From: Isurus oxyrinchus
Taxonomy: Eukaryota
Direction of reading: 5' to 3'
DNA: 64,000 bases
NCBI GenBank assembly: GCA_026770705.1
Contig: JANJGN010000038.1
Location: 5,580,001-5,644,000 of the forward strand
Positions 12,990 through 24,510 of this stretch are shown one piece after another (within the stretch, counting starts at the first letter, position 1; the number at the start of each line of letters is the position of its first letter). Made by a program: the position numbers and the translations under genes. The notes under the pieces are model-generated. The model saw only the letters and a list, made by a program, of their open reading frames with translations. It had not been told where the DNA came from and made no database searches.

Positions 12990-14260
12990 CAACAGAGACA
13001 GAGTTTGGTGTGGTAATTACTGAGACAGGGCCTAGTGCAATTTAAGCAAGGACATTACAAGTGCAGAAATAATCGAGACAGCATCTAATGTTACTTAAGC
13101 AAAGACGTGACCGAGTGCACGAATAACAGGGATGGGGACAAGAGCTATATTAACATAGACAGGGTCTACTGCTATAATAGCGGAGACGGGAATACAGGGC
13201 CTGGATCAATATCAAGTGAAATAGGGCAGTTATTACAGGCACAGGGCCTAGAGTAATTGCTTCCTAGAGAGAGTCTAAGTCGTAATAATGGAGACTGCTG
13301 CCAGTGTAAGAGAGACAGGTATGATGTCGTGGAGTAAAATCAGGGAAAGGGAGAGTGGAATAGAAGCAGAGACAGAGGTACAAAGACAAAGCCTCTGCAG
13401 AGACAGGATCCATTTTAATTGAAAAGACAGACAAGGTCGTGTGTGATACAGGCTGATACAGAATCTAGTGTAACTTGTTCTGAAATGGTCTAGTGGAATA
13501 TAAATGCAGACATGATTGAGTGTGTTATAAGCAGGGCCGCGATTAGTGGAACATAAGTGAGGCAGTGCAGTGTGTAGTAATAATTGAGACAGGATCTTGT
13601 GTAATACGAACCTGCCTAGTGTAGCAATAACACAGACCAGATCCAGTATAAGAAAACTGATACACGGTCTAGTGGAGCTTCACATAATCCAGCGCTCTTT
13701 GTAATATAATCTGACACAGTGTCTGGTGAATTAAATACCTGCAAAGGTACGAGATTAATAAAAACAGGGACATGCACTAGTACAGCAATAAGAGAGTAAT
13801 GGTATAGGACAATAACAACAGAAACAGGGAATTGTGTGATATGAATGGAGGAATGTATTGGTGCAGCATTAACTGAGACAGGGTCCAGTTTGATAGACAG
13901 GTGGCAGGTTCTACTGGAGTAATAGCTGAGACAGAGTCTTGTTAAATGCAAATAAAAACATGTTCCAATTTTCTATAACCAGAGACAAGCTCTAGTGCAG
14001 TGCCAACTGGGGCATGGCTTATTGTAACTTTAGCCGAGACCTGCTTCAGTGCAGTCATGACTGAGATAGTGCCAATTGTATTGTGGCCCTAGCCCAGTAC
14101 ATAAACAACTGTGACTGAGCCAATTACAGAAACAACTGATAGATGACCTTCTCTAATATGATTAGAGACATGTCCTAGTGTAATAGACATAGAAACGGCG
14201 TCTAATTTAATATGAACAGGGACAGTGGCAAATGCAGTAAAAATTGAGACAGCGCCTGCT
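12990..14260. repeat. Degenerate 27-bp tandem array, consensus about ACAGAGACAGGGTCTAGTGCAATAATA
   Basis: GAGACA/GGACA motifs recur about every 27 nt; translates as TETGSSAII on + or IIALDPVSV on -. Confidence 0.8.
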
Positions 14261-14387
14261 TCATGTGATGTGAGCAATCACATCACTGCCACCCATTGGA
14301 CAGACTTTGCTATTACAGATGTTGCGAAAATGTCGATTACATTTACTGTTTCTGAGATCAATGGTTAAAATCCGAAATAATGGAAAA

Positions 14388-14469
14388 CGTAGTCGACAGG
14401 ATTTGAACCTGCGCGGGGTAACCCCAATGGATTTCAAATCCATCGCCTTAACCACTCGGCCACGACTAC
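14388..14469 (-). tRNA. tRNA-Ser (anticodon TGA), probably functional
   Basis: GTAGTCGTGGCCGAGTGGTTAAGGCGATGGATTTGAAATCCATTGGGGTTACCCCGCGCAGGTTCAAATCCTGTCGACTACG; stems pair, long variable arm, T4 terminator follows. Confidence 0.88.
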
Positions 14470-15620
14470 AGACCTGGAGAGTAAAACAAATATATTTCAT
14501 ATATGAAATCATAGAATAGTTGCAGCAGAGAAAAAGCGTCTTCTTCCCACCCTGTCACTGCAACAACCCAGCCTTTTCCCCATAACCCTGCAATTCATAC
14601 CGTCCCTCCTCGTTCTCCCTCCCAAACTGGGAATGAAAGAGAGAGAATGAGAGAGGAAGAGAAGTGACGGGTTTTGTAGATCCCAGGGAAAAGAGACTCC
14701 GGGAACAGTTCATTGTGACAGTTCACACAGCAACAAGAAAACAACATTCCCTGAGGAGGGCCAGGAGTGGGAGCATGTTTAGTTCAAACACAGAAGACTT
14801 GTTCAGCCAATAACAGCATCGAGTGTGTTAGACACGAACATGCAGTGAACAGTGAGGTGAAATAGTGCCACAAGCTGCGGAGGTGCAACTTTCAATTTCC
14901 AAGCCCCACCATCCTCATCAGTGCTGCTCCTCTGAAACTTTCAAGGTCAATGTTGATCCTTTATATGGTGCCGTTCCCAGAACGAGACACAGTCCTCCAT
15001 GTGTGACCTAACCAGGGCTTTGTATAGCTGCAGCAAACCTTTCCCTCTTTCCTATAACAGCCTCTGTAACAGGTTGTATAGACAGAGAGATTAGATTGTA
15101 TCGATCGAATAAGAAAAATAAGGAGATGCTTCATCGGACTAAAATTCCTTTTCAAATTCCATTTGAAATGAACTTAATTTTTTTGAAAGCTGTATAAGAA
15201 TCTCCAGCCTAACTCTTCATGTCACTGGGTCTGGGGAACTTTGTTAATTTTCACACACTGTGCATGGACACGGCAGCAGCTCCTGCACCTCTTTCAATAT
15301 TGTTTTTCTTAACTCAGAGTTTTCGAAAGGGAATTGGATAATGACTTGAAAGGGAGAAAAACGATCAGGGTGATGGAGAAAGAGAAGGAAACTGCGGCTA
15401 ATTGGAAAGAACATTGTAAAAAGCTGATATTGATATGATGGTTTAAATGGTCTCCTCGCACACACTGCCATTTTGTGATGACATCACCAGATTAATTTGA
15501 TGACAACATTTCTAAATGTGCCACGCGAATTCCATTTCTGTAAAACAAAGACCCAAAGTGCGGCTGCAGGACCTCACAGTTTAACATAGTGTGCAGGTGC
15601 CTCTGGCTTTGTCAGGTATT

Positions 15621-15652
15621 GTTCTGTAGGGGAGTGGTTATCACATGTGCAT
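15621..15652 (+). pseudogene. tRNA-Val 5' half truncated by a LINE insertion
   Basis: GTTCTGTAGGGGAGTGGTTATCACATGTGC; same 5' flank as the Val remnants at 29974 and 43294. Confidence 0.55.
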
Positions 15653-15654
15653 GG

Positions 15655-15977
15655 AATCACCAAGCCTCCTTAGACAGAACCTTCCAATCCCACGACAATT
15701 ACCATCTAGAAAAACAAGGACAGCAGATCGATGGGAACACGACCACCTGGAATTTCTCCTGCAAGGCACTCACCCTCTTGACTTGGAAATATGTCACTGT
15801 TTCTTCACTGTTGCTGGGTCAAAATCCTGGAACTCCCTTCCTAACAGCACTCTCGGTGTACCTACACCACAAAGACTGCTGAGTTTCAAGAAGGCAGCTC
15901 AGCAGCACCTTCTCAAGGGACAATGGGATGGGCAATAAATGCTGGCCCAGCCAGCGAAGCCCATATCCCGAGAATGA
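15655..15977 (+). mobile_element. 3' fragment of a LINE
   Basis: Homologous to 11880-12200 and 42540-42850. Confidence 0.8.
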
Positions 15978-16496
15978 CTTACAAACTGTCTGCAGAATTA
16001 ATCATAAATCTTCTTCTCATCCGTGTCACTCAAAGTTATTTTAGTTGCAAACATTCACTAAATTTGGAGTCTGAAACGGAACAATCATTGGCCAATTTGA
16101 TGACACCGTTGTTTTCTGGGTCTTTGTCTCTCCTTAGGCCTCTGTCACTCTCGGTGTACATGACTGTGTGTGTTCCTCGCTGTGTGTCAATGTGATTCAG
16201 TCCCCTGAGGGGTTGTACACATTTTTTCCCATCACAAACGTTTTACACATTGGTTGTGCAGATTCACATTACAATGTAACAGAGAAAAGTATCAAGATAA
16301 AAGAGGAATTTGCAATGTTCTTGCATCCCATATCTTAACCTCTGCGTTTGCTTTGATGCACTGATGCCAGTCCCAGCTGTGGTGCCAAATCCCAGCTCCT
16401 GCTCCATTCATTCTGATAGAGATGATACACAGGATTTCTGCGTGTTTTATTACGGAGGGTCATCCCAGCACTTCGCCAAGGTTATTAAATCACTGC

Positions 16497-16567
16497 TCCT
16501 TCATCAGGAATCGAACCCACGCCCTGACTATGAAAGCACAGAATAGTAGCTATTGGGCCACCAGGGA
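16497..16567 (-). pseudogene. tRNA-Glu(TTC) pseudogene
   Basis: TCCCTGGTGGCCCAATAGCTACTATTCTGTGCTTTCATAG...GGGTTCGATTCCTGATGAAGGA; B box retained, D and anticodon arms broken. Confidence 0.7.
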
Positions 16568-17770
16568 AGGTGCTCACAAGTCTCACAACCTGGGTAAGCC
16601 ATGCTACCTGTGCCTTTTATTTTCATTTCAAACCTCTTTCATTAGAGACATGCTTCACCCTCAAATTGACACGTTTATATAAAACGCAACAACATCCATC
16701 GTCAGACAGTTCCGGGTTGTTATTGGGTCCTTAAGCGACAAAGAGAAAATAATCCAACTCTCCTGTTGCCCAGCGGGTTCCAACAGCAGTGATTTTTTAT
16801 CTGAAGATAAATGTAAAATATAATTTAACAACTGACCAACCATGTACCTACAAATCTATGAAGTTATTGGATTCAAATAGACCCGTTAATGATTCTCTCT
16901 TCCTCAGCTCCGCAGTGAGTGAGACAGGGAAAAGCAGAAAAGCAGCAACATTCTGGCCCCGCACTGTCCAATCACCCGCTGCCAGCAAAAAGATACACTC
17001 ACTTTCCTGAGTGTTTATTCTATGAAATGGTGAAGGGCGAATCTAAGACGCTTGTAAGATACTGTGCTCAGTTAATATCCAACAACAAACAGGAACAAGG
17101 CAGTTTTCCTTTCACTTAAAAGGGCAAGTTTTGATAATGCTTCTGCATTAATAACTTATTTTGATAAAATGCATTTAATCTGTTGAAACGTCACAAGGCG
17201 TCCCCCGTGAACATTATATAATAAAGTGTGACACCGAGCCTCATATTCGATCAGAATACTAAAAGCTCGGTCAAAGGGGGAGGCTTTAAAAACTGTCTTA
17301 AAGGAGGAAAGTATCGATTTAATGTTCCAGCTAACAGCAATAGTTCTTCTCATTGGCGAAAGAAGTCTCCTGTGTTCAACCTAAACAGACCAATTAGTCG
17401 GAGAAAGTTCTGTCTGGTGAAAAGATCGGGAATGAAAAAAAAAAGTGGAAAGTAACCTCTAAATGCCAAATGTCAAACCTTTCTGGTACTTTCTCTTATG
17501 TCTCATGACTGGGGATCGGCGCTTCCATTGGTCCACAGCGAATAGGGTGGAGGGTTTGGAAATTGAAAGTTACTCATGAGCAGCTTGTGGGACTATTTCA
17601 CCTCACTGTCGAGTTCATGTTCCAGCTCACAGAAACCGTTGTTTTTATTGGCTGAAGAATTCGTTTGTGTTAAGGCTAAACAGGCAGTTTTGTGGTGAAA
17701 GAGATCTGAACTGAAAAACAATAGGCAAAAGCAGCGTGGATAAGCCAAATCGAAAAGCATTTTGATCGAT

Positions 17771-17842
17771 TCCTTGGTTGTCTAGTGGTTAGGCTACGGC
17801 GCTTTCAGCACCACAGCCCGGGTTCGATTCCCAGTAAGGAAA
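17771..17842 (+). pseudogene. tRNA-Glu(TTC) pseudogene, A and B boxes retained
   Basis: TCCTTGGTTGTCTAGTGGTTAGGCTACGGCGCTTTCAGCACCACAGCCCGGGTTCGATTCCCAGTAAGGAAA; anticodon stem mispaired. Confidence 0.82.
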
Positions 17843-18837
17843 ATAAGGTTTGTTGAGTGTGGTCAATTTCTATTTGCGAACAGCTGCACCAAGAGTTAAA
17901 AGCTTAGCCTCACAGCAAGAAATATCACACTTCGAATAAGTCGCGAACAAACAGAAAAGAAGCAGGGCTGGTTGCAAGGCGAAATATCGGTGGGAGAAGG
18001 ATGATTGTTACTGTCTCCTATTTGCACCGGCACAAATATCCCTTCTGATCAATCAACTCCGCTTTGAAAACAGCGCGCCGGGCCCAATGGGCTCTTTCTA
18101 TGCTGTAATTATCTATAATGTTATGTTTCCCAACACCACCAACACTGCCTTTTTATAAACCACTCTGGATAAGTCCGCTTTCTTACCTTGTATTCGGCTC
18201 GTCTGAAACCAAAACACGGAGCAATTCAGCGAGTTTTCTTGTCATTTCCAGCACGAGATTAGTCACGAGACTAAATGAGCGACACATTAATGGTGCCGAT
18301 CCTTCACTGGAGCTCACCGTGTGCAAAAAGCACTGTTATCATCAGCCTGTTCGGCACCTTCCTGCAGTACATCTGCTGAACAAATATAAGCTTATCACAG
18401 CTCTGCTTTCTGCACATTGAAACCCAGTGTAAAAATGTGAACAATTTCAAAGCTGATTAACGTAGACAAGACTGGAAGGAGAGTGTGACTGTGGATAATC
18501 GGCACTGTGCACATTCCTGTAATCCGTACCTGGGGGAATCAGGAAGATGAGATCATGGTGTCTTTTTACTCTATGGTCTGCAAACCTATCGTCTTGTGTC
18601 TTACATTCCCACGAACTGACTGTGTCTGCATCAAGCAGCTAATTGACCCGGGAGTTGTAGGGGCAGAGGGAGCTGGAGGCGAGACAGTGACAGAAGCAGA
18701 AAGAAACGCGATATGAAAATGTTTTGAATTTGATGTCTGTCAGTTGGTGCCAGTGGTGAATGTCTGCCTTGCTGGTGCCACTGAATGAGGTTGTGTTTTT
18801 TTTTGTTTTAGAGCAGCAAGATTGCAAATGACAACAG

Positions 18838-18910
18838 CCCCCAGCGTGGGGCTCCAACACATGACCCTGAAATTAAGCGTTTTATATTCTATTAACTGAG
18901 GTAGCCGGGA
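18838..18910 (-). pseudogene. tRNA-Lys(CTT) pseudogene
   Basis: TCCCGGCTACCTCAGTTAATAGAATATAAAACGCTTAATTTCAGGGTCATGTGTTGGAGCCCCACGCTGGGGG aligns to the vertebrate Lys-CTT body. Confidence 0.75.
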
Positions 18911-19481
18911 ATGGGGGAAGGAATCCTTCATATCCCAACACATATGGCGACAGACGTGTTTTTTTCACCAGGAGCCTCAGCTTGTTCTGAATCTGAGTGT
19001 AGAAGGGAGTCGACCTACAAAAGCCCCAAGGTTGCAATGCGTTCCTCTCAATCTCAGTAACATCGTTCACATCTTCCACTTCTTAGTTAGACCTCCTGCC
19101 AAAAATTTCAAACTCTCTCTTTCATTTTTCATCCTCACATTTTTCTCTAACGTTTTAACATGAAGTTGTACAACAAATTTAAATAAAGTTAGTGATGGTA
19201 AAAATGTGTTCACCCCTCGGGGAACTGACTCACATTGACACACACAGAGGAACAGACACAAACATATGCACCGAGGGTGACAGAGGGCAATGGTTTGTCT
19301 CTAAGGAGAGGCAAATATTCATAAAGCAAGCATGACACCAAGTTTTATTCCAGTTCCAAGTTTCATGAGTGTTTTCGTGAACGAACAGAAATAGAAAAAA
19401 ACCCAAGTGTTTGTATGGATTTTATTGCATTTAACCGATAATTAACTCTGTAGACACATTTTAAACCAGGAATAATGACAA

Positions 19482-19536
19482 GTGGGAATCTCAATGGACT
19501 TGGGCTCCATCACCTAAATCAATCGACCACGACAAC
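19482..19536 (-). pseudogene. tRNA-Ser remnant
   Basis: GTTGTCGTGGTCGATTGATTTAGGTGATGGAGCCCAAGTCCATTGAG; same position in the repeated cassette as other Ser copies. Confidence 0.55.
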
Positions 19537-20217
19537 CGGCCCTGTGCACAGGTTAATGTCGATGGTATAAAATCATAAATATCTACAGCAGAGGAAGACG
19601 ACATTCTGCCCATCGTGACAATGCCAGCTGATGGCAAAAGGAATACAGCTAATTTGATAACCCCACATTTTCTCTACTACAATTCAAATTGATATTGTCT
19701 CTCCTCGTTCTTCCTGTTAAAATGAAGAATGACAGGCATTTATTTTGACAGTGAGCTGGCACCTTTTGCATCATTCACGTTTGTAGTTGTATGTTAAGTG
19801 AATGTAATATATCTCAGTCACATTACATTTCCTCTTCACCACTTCACAGGATAAACCCTCAGCAAAGTGAGAAAATCTTTCAGCTGGCAGCGGGTGATTG
19901 GAGAGTGGGGGGCCGGAATATAGCTACTTTTCTGCTTTTCTCTGTCTCGCTCACTGTGGAGCCGAGAAAGAGAGAATCATTGACGGGTTTGTTTGAATCC
20001 AATAATTTCACAGGTGTCTATTGAGTTAGGTGTAATTATATAGTCGTTTATTGTTTTTTATTGTGTTTGAAATGAACATTCAAAACAAAAACATCGGTGT
20101 GGGAACACACTGGTTAAGGGTAAAGTTTGCGGAATAATTCCTTGCAGCTCAAGTAGCCAATGAGAGCCCGGAACTGTGTGACAATGAAAGCTGATAGGGA
20201 GAAAAAAGTGAAATCTT

Positions 20218-20291
20218 GGTCCCTGGGTGGTTTTGAACCATCAACTTTTTGCTTAACAGTTGAATGCGATAAACAATTGCGCCACAGAGAC
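20218..20291 (-). pseudogene. tRNA-Asn(GTT) pseudogene
   Basis: GTCTCTGTGGCGCAATTGTTTATCGCATTCAACTGTTAAGCAAAAAGTTGATGGTTCAAAACCACCCAGGGACC; paralogue of 31230 with CpG decay. Confidence 0.82.
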
Positions 20292-20374
20292 AGACGTAAG
20301 GCTGACTTGCCAACTTTCCTAAACCAGGGTGTCAGTGAATTTAAGCTTCAGATTGCTGCTACCGGGATGACAAT

Positions 20375-20512
20375 CCTAGTTCTGTTGAAGGGTCATGAGG
20401 ACTCGAAACGTCAACTCTTTTCTTCTCCGCCGGTGCTGCCAGACCTGCTGAGTTTTTCCAGGTAATTCTGTTTTTGTTTTGGATTTCCAGCATCCGCAGT
20501 TTTTTTGTTTTT
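20375..20512 (+). mobile_element. 138-bp Penelope-tail insertion with hammerhead-ribozyme motif and 8-bp TSD
   Basis: Flanked by ATGACAAT (20367-20374 and 20513-20520); empty site in the paralogue near 31160-31190; nearly identical to the tail at 51709-51842. Confidence 0.88.
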
Positions 20513-21649
20513 ATGACAATTGTTCTCTTCACTTTTACTCTTCCAAAATAAAGGGAGGGACGTTCACTGTGGATACATGGAAACAATCTGATCCCACCCA
20601 CTGCTGACACATCCATATCACCAGGAACGTGCTCTCCGACAACCGGTGCCGTCTTCTTTCCAGCCTTTCGGTGTCTTGTCTGTTACCAAGTATTCTGATT
20701 GTCCTGAAGCCGATGTTAGGTTTGAGTTCCTGATGTACAGTAACGAGAATCATTTCAATCTCTCAGGTTAGTTAATTTCACTGATAACTTCAGAGTCAAT
20801 GTTCCAGCGTCTTAAAGAAGGGAAAGGTGCCTTGAATGTCTCTGGTCAGTCGAACAGATCACCCTTCATTCTCCTCTGATTCTGGTTCCCAAAGAGTTTC
20901 TAAAGATTCAGAAAGCTGGAGACTGGGTTTTCTGTTTTGGTTCCTTCTCCATTTTCCCACCTGCCAACTGACAATATTTTCCAAATATTGAGGAGACAGT
21001 AAAGCCTTGAGACACAATTAGATCAGCCATGATCTTACTGAATGGCAGAGCAGGTTCAAAGGGCTGAATGGCCTCCTCCTGATCGTCATTCGTCCCTTCC
21101 TGTGTCACAGCCCGAATCACTCCCGACTTTAGCAAACTGCCTTCGGAATTAATGATCAGTTAAATGAAATAAAAACCATTCAACTATTTCCGTGTTTCTT
21201 ATTTCCGTTCCTCTGCAAACATTCACTAAATTTGCAAGCTGAAATGGAACAATAATTGGCCAAGTTGGTGACATCCTTGTTTTCTGGGTGTTTGTCACTC
21301 TCGGTGTAAAGGTCTGTGTGTGTCAATGTGCTTCAGTTCCCCGAGGGGTTGAACGCATTTTCACCATCACAAGCTTTATTCATATTGGTTGTGCAGTTTC
21401 ATACTAAAATGTTACAGAGACAATATCAAGATGAAAGATTGAAGAGGGGTTTGCAATGTTTGGAAGGAGGTGCAGCTAAGAAGTGGAAGATGTGAATGAT
21501 GTTATTGATGATTGAGAGGAATGTATTGCAAACTTGGGGCTTTTGGAGGTCGATCCCCTTTGAAATTCAGAACAAGCTGAGGCTTGAGGTCTATAACAGC
21601 AGTGATCTCCAAGGATGTTGGGATGTGCAATACTTCGCTCTTCTTACAT

Positions 21650-21722
21650 GCCTGGCGAGTTCAGTCGACAGCGTCTGAGATTCTTAATGCCAGGTTGTTG
21701 GGTTTGCGACCTGTGCTCGACG
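21650..21722 (+). pseudogene. tRNA-Lys(CTT) pseudogene
   Basis: GCCTGGCGAGTTCAGTCGACAGCGTCTGAGATTCTTAATGCCAGGTTGTTGGGTTTG. Confidence 0.62.
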
Positions 21723-21899
21723 AAATTCCCTTTTTAAACTTTGCTGCTTCCATGGGTGATCCCCAGGTCTCCATTCCTCCGGCAGTGTCACCGCTCAACC
21801 GAATCTTTCTCCATCCTGCTTTGTTAATATCACAGCCGCTGGTTTCTGAGTGAAAACTGCTCTCTGCGTCATTGAAAGTCAGAGTATTTAATTCTGAGC

Positions 21900-21948
21900 A
21901 TTTGGTGCTTTCACCACTGCAGCCTAGGTTTAATTCCCGTACAGGGAA
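21900..21948 (+). pseudogene. tRNA-Glu(TTC) 3' remnant
   Basis: ATTTGGTGCTTTCACCACTGCAGCCTAGGTTTAATTCCCGTACAGGGAA. Confidence 0.6.
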
Positions 21949-22812
21949 AACCTTTTCCTTTCCGTTGTGTGAACTATCACAATGAATAGGAATTCCTTCT
22001 TGAATGACATCAGGTCTGGCAGCGTCTGTGGAGTGAGAAACAGAGATAATCTTCCAGCTGGATGATCTTTCATCAGACCTGGAAAAGTCAGAGATGTAAC
22101 AGGTGGAAAACAAGTCCAGAGGCGGGAGGGAGGGGAGTGAAAGGACAAAAGGGAAGGACTGTGATAGGTTACAAGGCATGAGAGAGAAACTGACTAAAGG
22201 GATGATGGTGTAAAATGTGGGTAGGAATGGGACAGATTTTTCTTCCTGCTGTTCAAACTGGGACAAATCTCACTGATCAACCAATCACAACTGCTCTTTC
22301 AAAGCAGTGCGCCGGGCCGCATGGCCTCTTTCTGTGCTGTAATTTTCTATAGTTATTTCATTTCTATCCTCACTGCTGTTGCCTTCACAGTCATTCCATC
22401 ATCTTACAACCCATTCCAGTAAAATCCACCTTCTTCCCTTGTGTTCAGCACCTTTAAGGTCATGGGACTGAGTAAATTCAGTGGGAAATTTCCTTCTCAT
22501 TTAGCACGAGATTTGGAAACAGGTCTGGGAAATATTTGTGTCATTGCAAACAATACAATCTCCACTATCACCTCTACATTTTCCCATGCACCACCATTTC
22601 TATGGTCACTGCTTTTCAGCCTATCACAGCCCTTCTCTGATTCCCTACCTTCACCTCTGTGTTTGTTCCCGACCTGTTGCACAGGTGACATTTCCGGCTC
22701 TGATGCAAAACTGCAGCTCTCACTCCACTGATTCAGGCGGAGCTGATATGCGTTTTCAGTTTTCAGTCAGGAAGTAATGCACATTTATTTTAATCATTCG
22801 CATGACATTTAT

Positions 22813-22840
22813 AAGCGCCAAATCCTAACCACTAGACCCC
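22813..22840 (-). pseudogene. tRNA-Glu 5' remnant
   Basis: GGTCTAGTGGTTAGGATTTGGCGCT next to the conserved Glu 5' flank (22860-22980). Confidence 0.55.
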
Positions 22841-23303
22841 AAGACTTGCAACTTCACAGCCCGGCTTATCCATGCTACCTGTGCATTTTATTTTCATTTC
22901 ACATCTCTCTCACCAGGCACTTTTCTCCCACAAAATGACACGTTTATGTCGAACACAAACGACTTCTTCAGCCAATAACAACAGCGATTGTTGTTAGCTG
23001 GAGCAGTATTCATTGGCTCACAGTCCCACGTCGTCATTGGGTCCTTAAGAGACTAATGAGAACAGAAATCGCCAACTGTCCTGTTACCCGGCGAGTTCCA
23101 ATATTCAATTTATTGAATATTCATTTTGAATATTCCCCACTCACCGGCTGCCAGTTGAAGGATATCCTCACTTTGCTGTGTCCACTTTGTGAAAAGACGA
23201 AGAGTAAGTGCAATCCGAATGTGAGATTCTGCATTCAGACAATATTCAACAACAAGCAGGGAACAAAGCAACTTTCCCTCTCCCCTAATTGAACAATTTT
23301 CAA

Positions 23304-23376
23304 TGTTTTTGCCCGGTTTTGAACCGGGGACTTTTCGCGTGTAAGGCGAATGTGATAACCACTACACTACAGGAAC
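23304..23376 (-). tRNA. tRNA-Val (anticodon TAC), possibly a pseudogene
   Basis: GTTCCTGTAGTGTAGTGGTTATCACATTCGCCTTACACGCGAAAAGTCCCCGGTTCAAAACCGGGCAAAAACA; anticodon and T arms pair, two acceptor-stem mismatches. Confidence 0.75.
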
Positions 23377-24041
23377 ATCACGCACCAGAGTCAAGTGCAC
23401 CTGACTACAATGCAGTTCCGCAGCAGCACTTTGGGTCCATGTTTTGAAGAAATGGAATTCGACTGTTCTCATCAGGAATGCTGGAGACAGACTGATCAAC
23501 AATGTCATCATCAAATGGCACAGCGTGTTGGAGAATCATTAGATCATCGCAGCTTCTTTTTTAAAGAGCAATCAATTAGTCTCAATATTCCTCTCTCTTT
23601 CCATAAGCCTCAATTTCTCTATTTCAACTAACTGTCTAATTCACTTTTGAAGAAGGAGTTTCTGCACAATCCATGCACAGTTTCCCTAACCCAGTGACAT
23701 GCAGATTTGGACTTGGGTTCCTTCCAGTCCCTCGAGGAGTTGATCCTAATTCCAGCGCTGCCACAGTTTGAGTCACATTCCCACTTTTGCACACTTTAGG
23801 AATTCCTTTTCGGAGAACAAGAGGGAGATCTAGTTTAATACAGGGCGGGTTGTGGTCCTTTATTTTGTTTGGAAAAGCACGGAGAGGCAATACAAATATA
23901 AATTGTTGTGGGGGTAAAGGCAGGTGTGTGGAATCGGTAGAGCTACTCTTCCAGAGAGCCAGCACAGACACGACGGGCCGATTGACTTATTTCGCAGTCA
24001 CCTCTGATTTGATAAGGACACATTTGAGCTCGCGAGCAGCT

Positions 24042-24123
24042 GTTAGTCGAGCTGAATGTTTAAGGTGACGGATTTGAAATCCATTGGGGTCTCCCCCTGT
24101 AGGTTTGAATCCTGCTGACCACA
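24042..24123 (+). pseudogene. tRNA-Ser(TGA) pseudogene
   Basis: ...TTTAAGGTGACGGATTTGAAATCCATTGGGGTCTCCCCCTGTAGGTTTGAATCCTGCTGACCAC. Confidence 0.75.
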
Positions 24124-24379
24124 GTTCACATTCTTCCTCATTTTAACCAGGTGCCGCCAACCTCATCCCTGTGGCTCCTGTGAAACTGACAAGGTGGCAC
24201 ATGGCAGAAATTCATCTCTGAAAGTAACTGACACACATCAAATTCATGTCGGGGTCTTTTAACTTCCTGTTCTCCATCTCAGACATTTTCACGTCTCTCA
24301 AATGTCACCCACTTGGGACTTAGCATCTACCTCAGTCTATTGAATATGGACGCTTTCCTGTGTGGTCTTGTTAGCTGGT

Positions 24380-24450
24380 GGCTCCATAGCTCAGTGGTTG
24401 GGGCACTGCTCTTATACATCAGGGGCTGTAAGTTCAACTTTCATTAACCT
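24380..24450 (+). pseudogene. tRNA-Thr-like pseudogene
   Basis: GGCTCCATAGCTCAGTGGTTGGGGCACTGCTCTTATACATCAGGGGCTGTAAGTTCAA resembles the vertebrate Thr-TGT body. Confidence 0.62.
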
Positions 24451-24510
24451 TTAACTGAGAATATGAAGTTATGTGGAAAGCTGAAAAACCGAATATTAAT
24501 ATATAAGAAG

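Larger units (their letters stand above)
12530..14570 (+). repeat. Segmental duplication unit A, copy 1 (27-bp array plus tRNA-Ser)
   Basis: Colinear high similarity to 36290-38285. Confidence 0.9.

Noticed and set aside
13946-13953. Octamer ATGCAAAT as an Ig enhancer site
   Set aside because: Inside the 27-bp array and not kept in the duplicate (ATGTAAAT); other octamers lie in repeats.
12990-14260. 27-bp array as a CRISPR array or Ig switch region
   Set aside because: Eukaryotic DNA, no repeat-spacer alternation or cas genes; lies 3' of the C gene, not AGCT/G-rich, and travels with the tRNA-Ser duplication.
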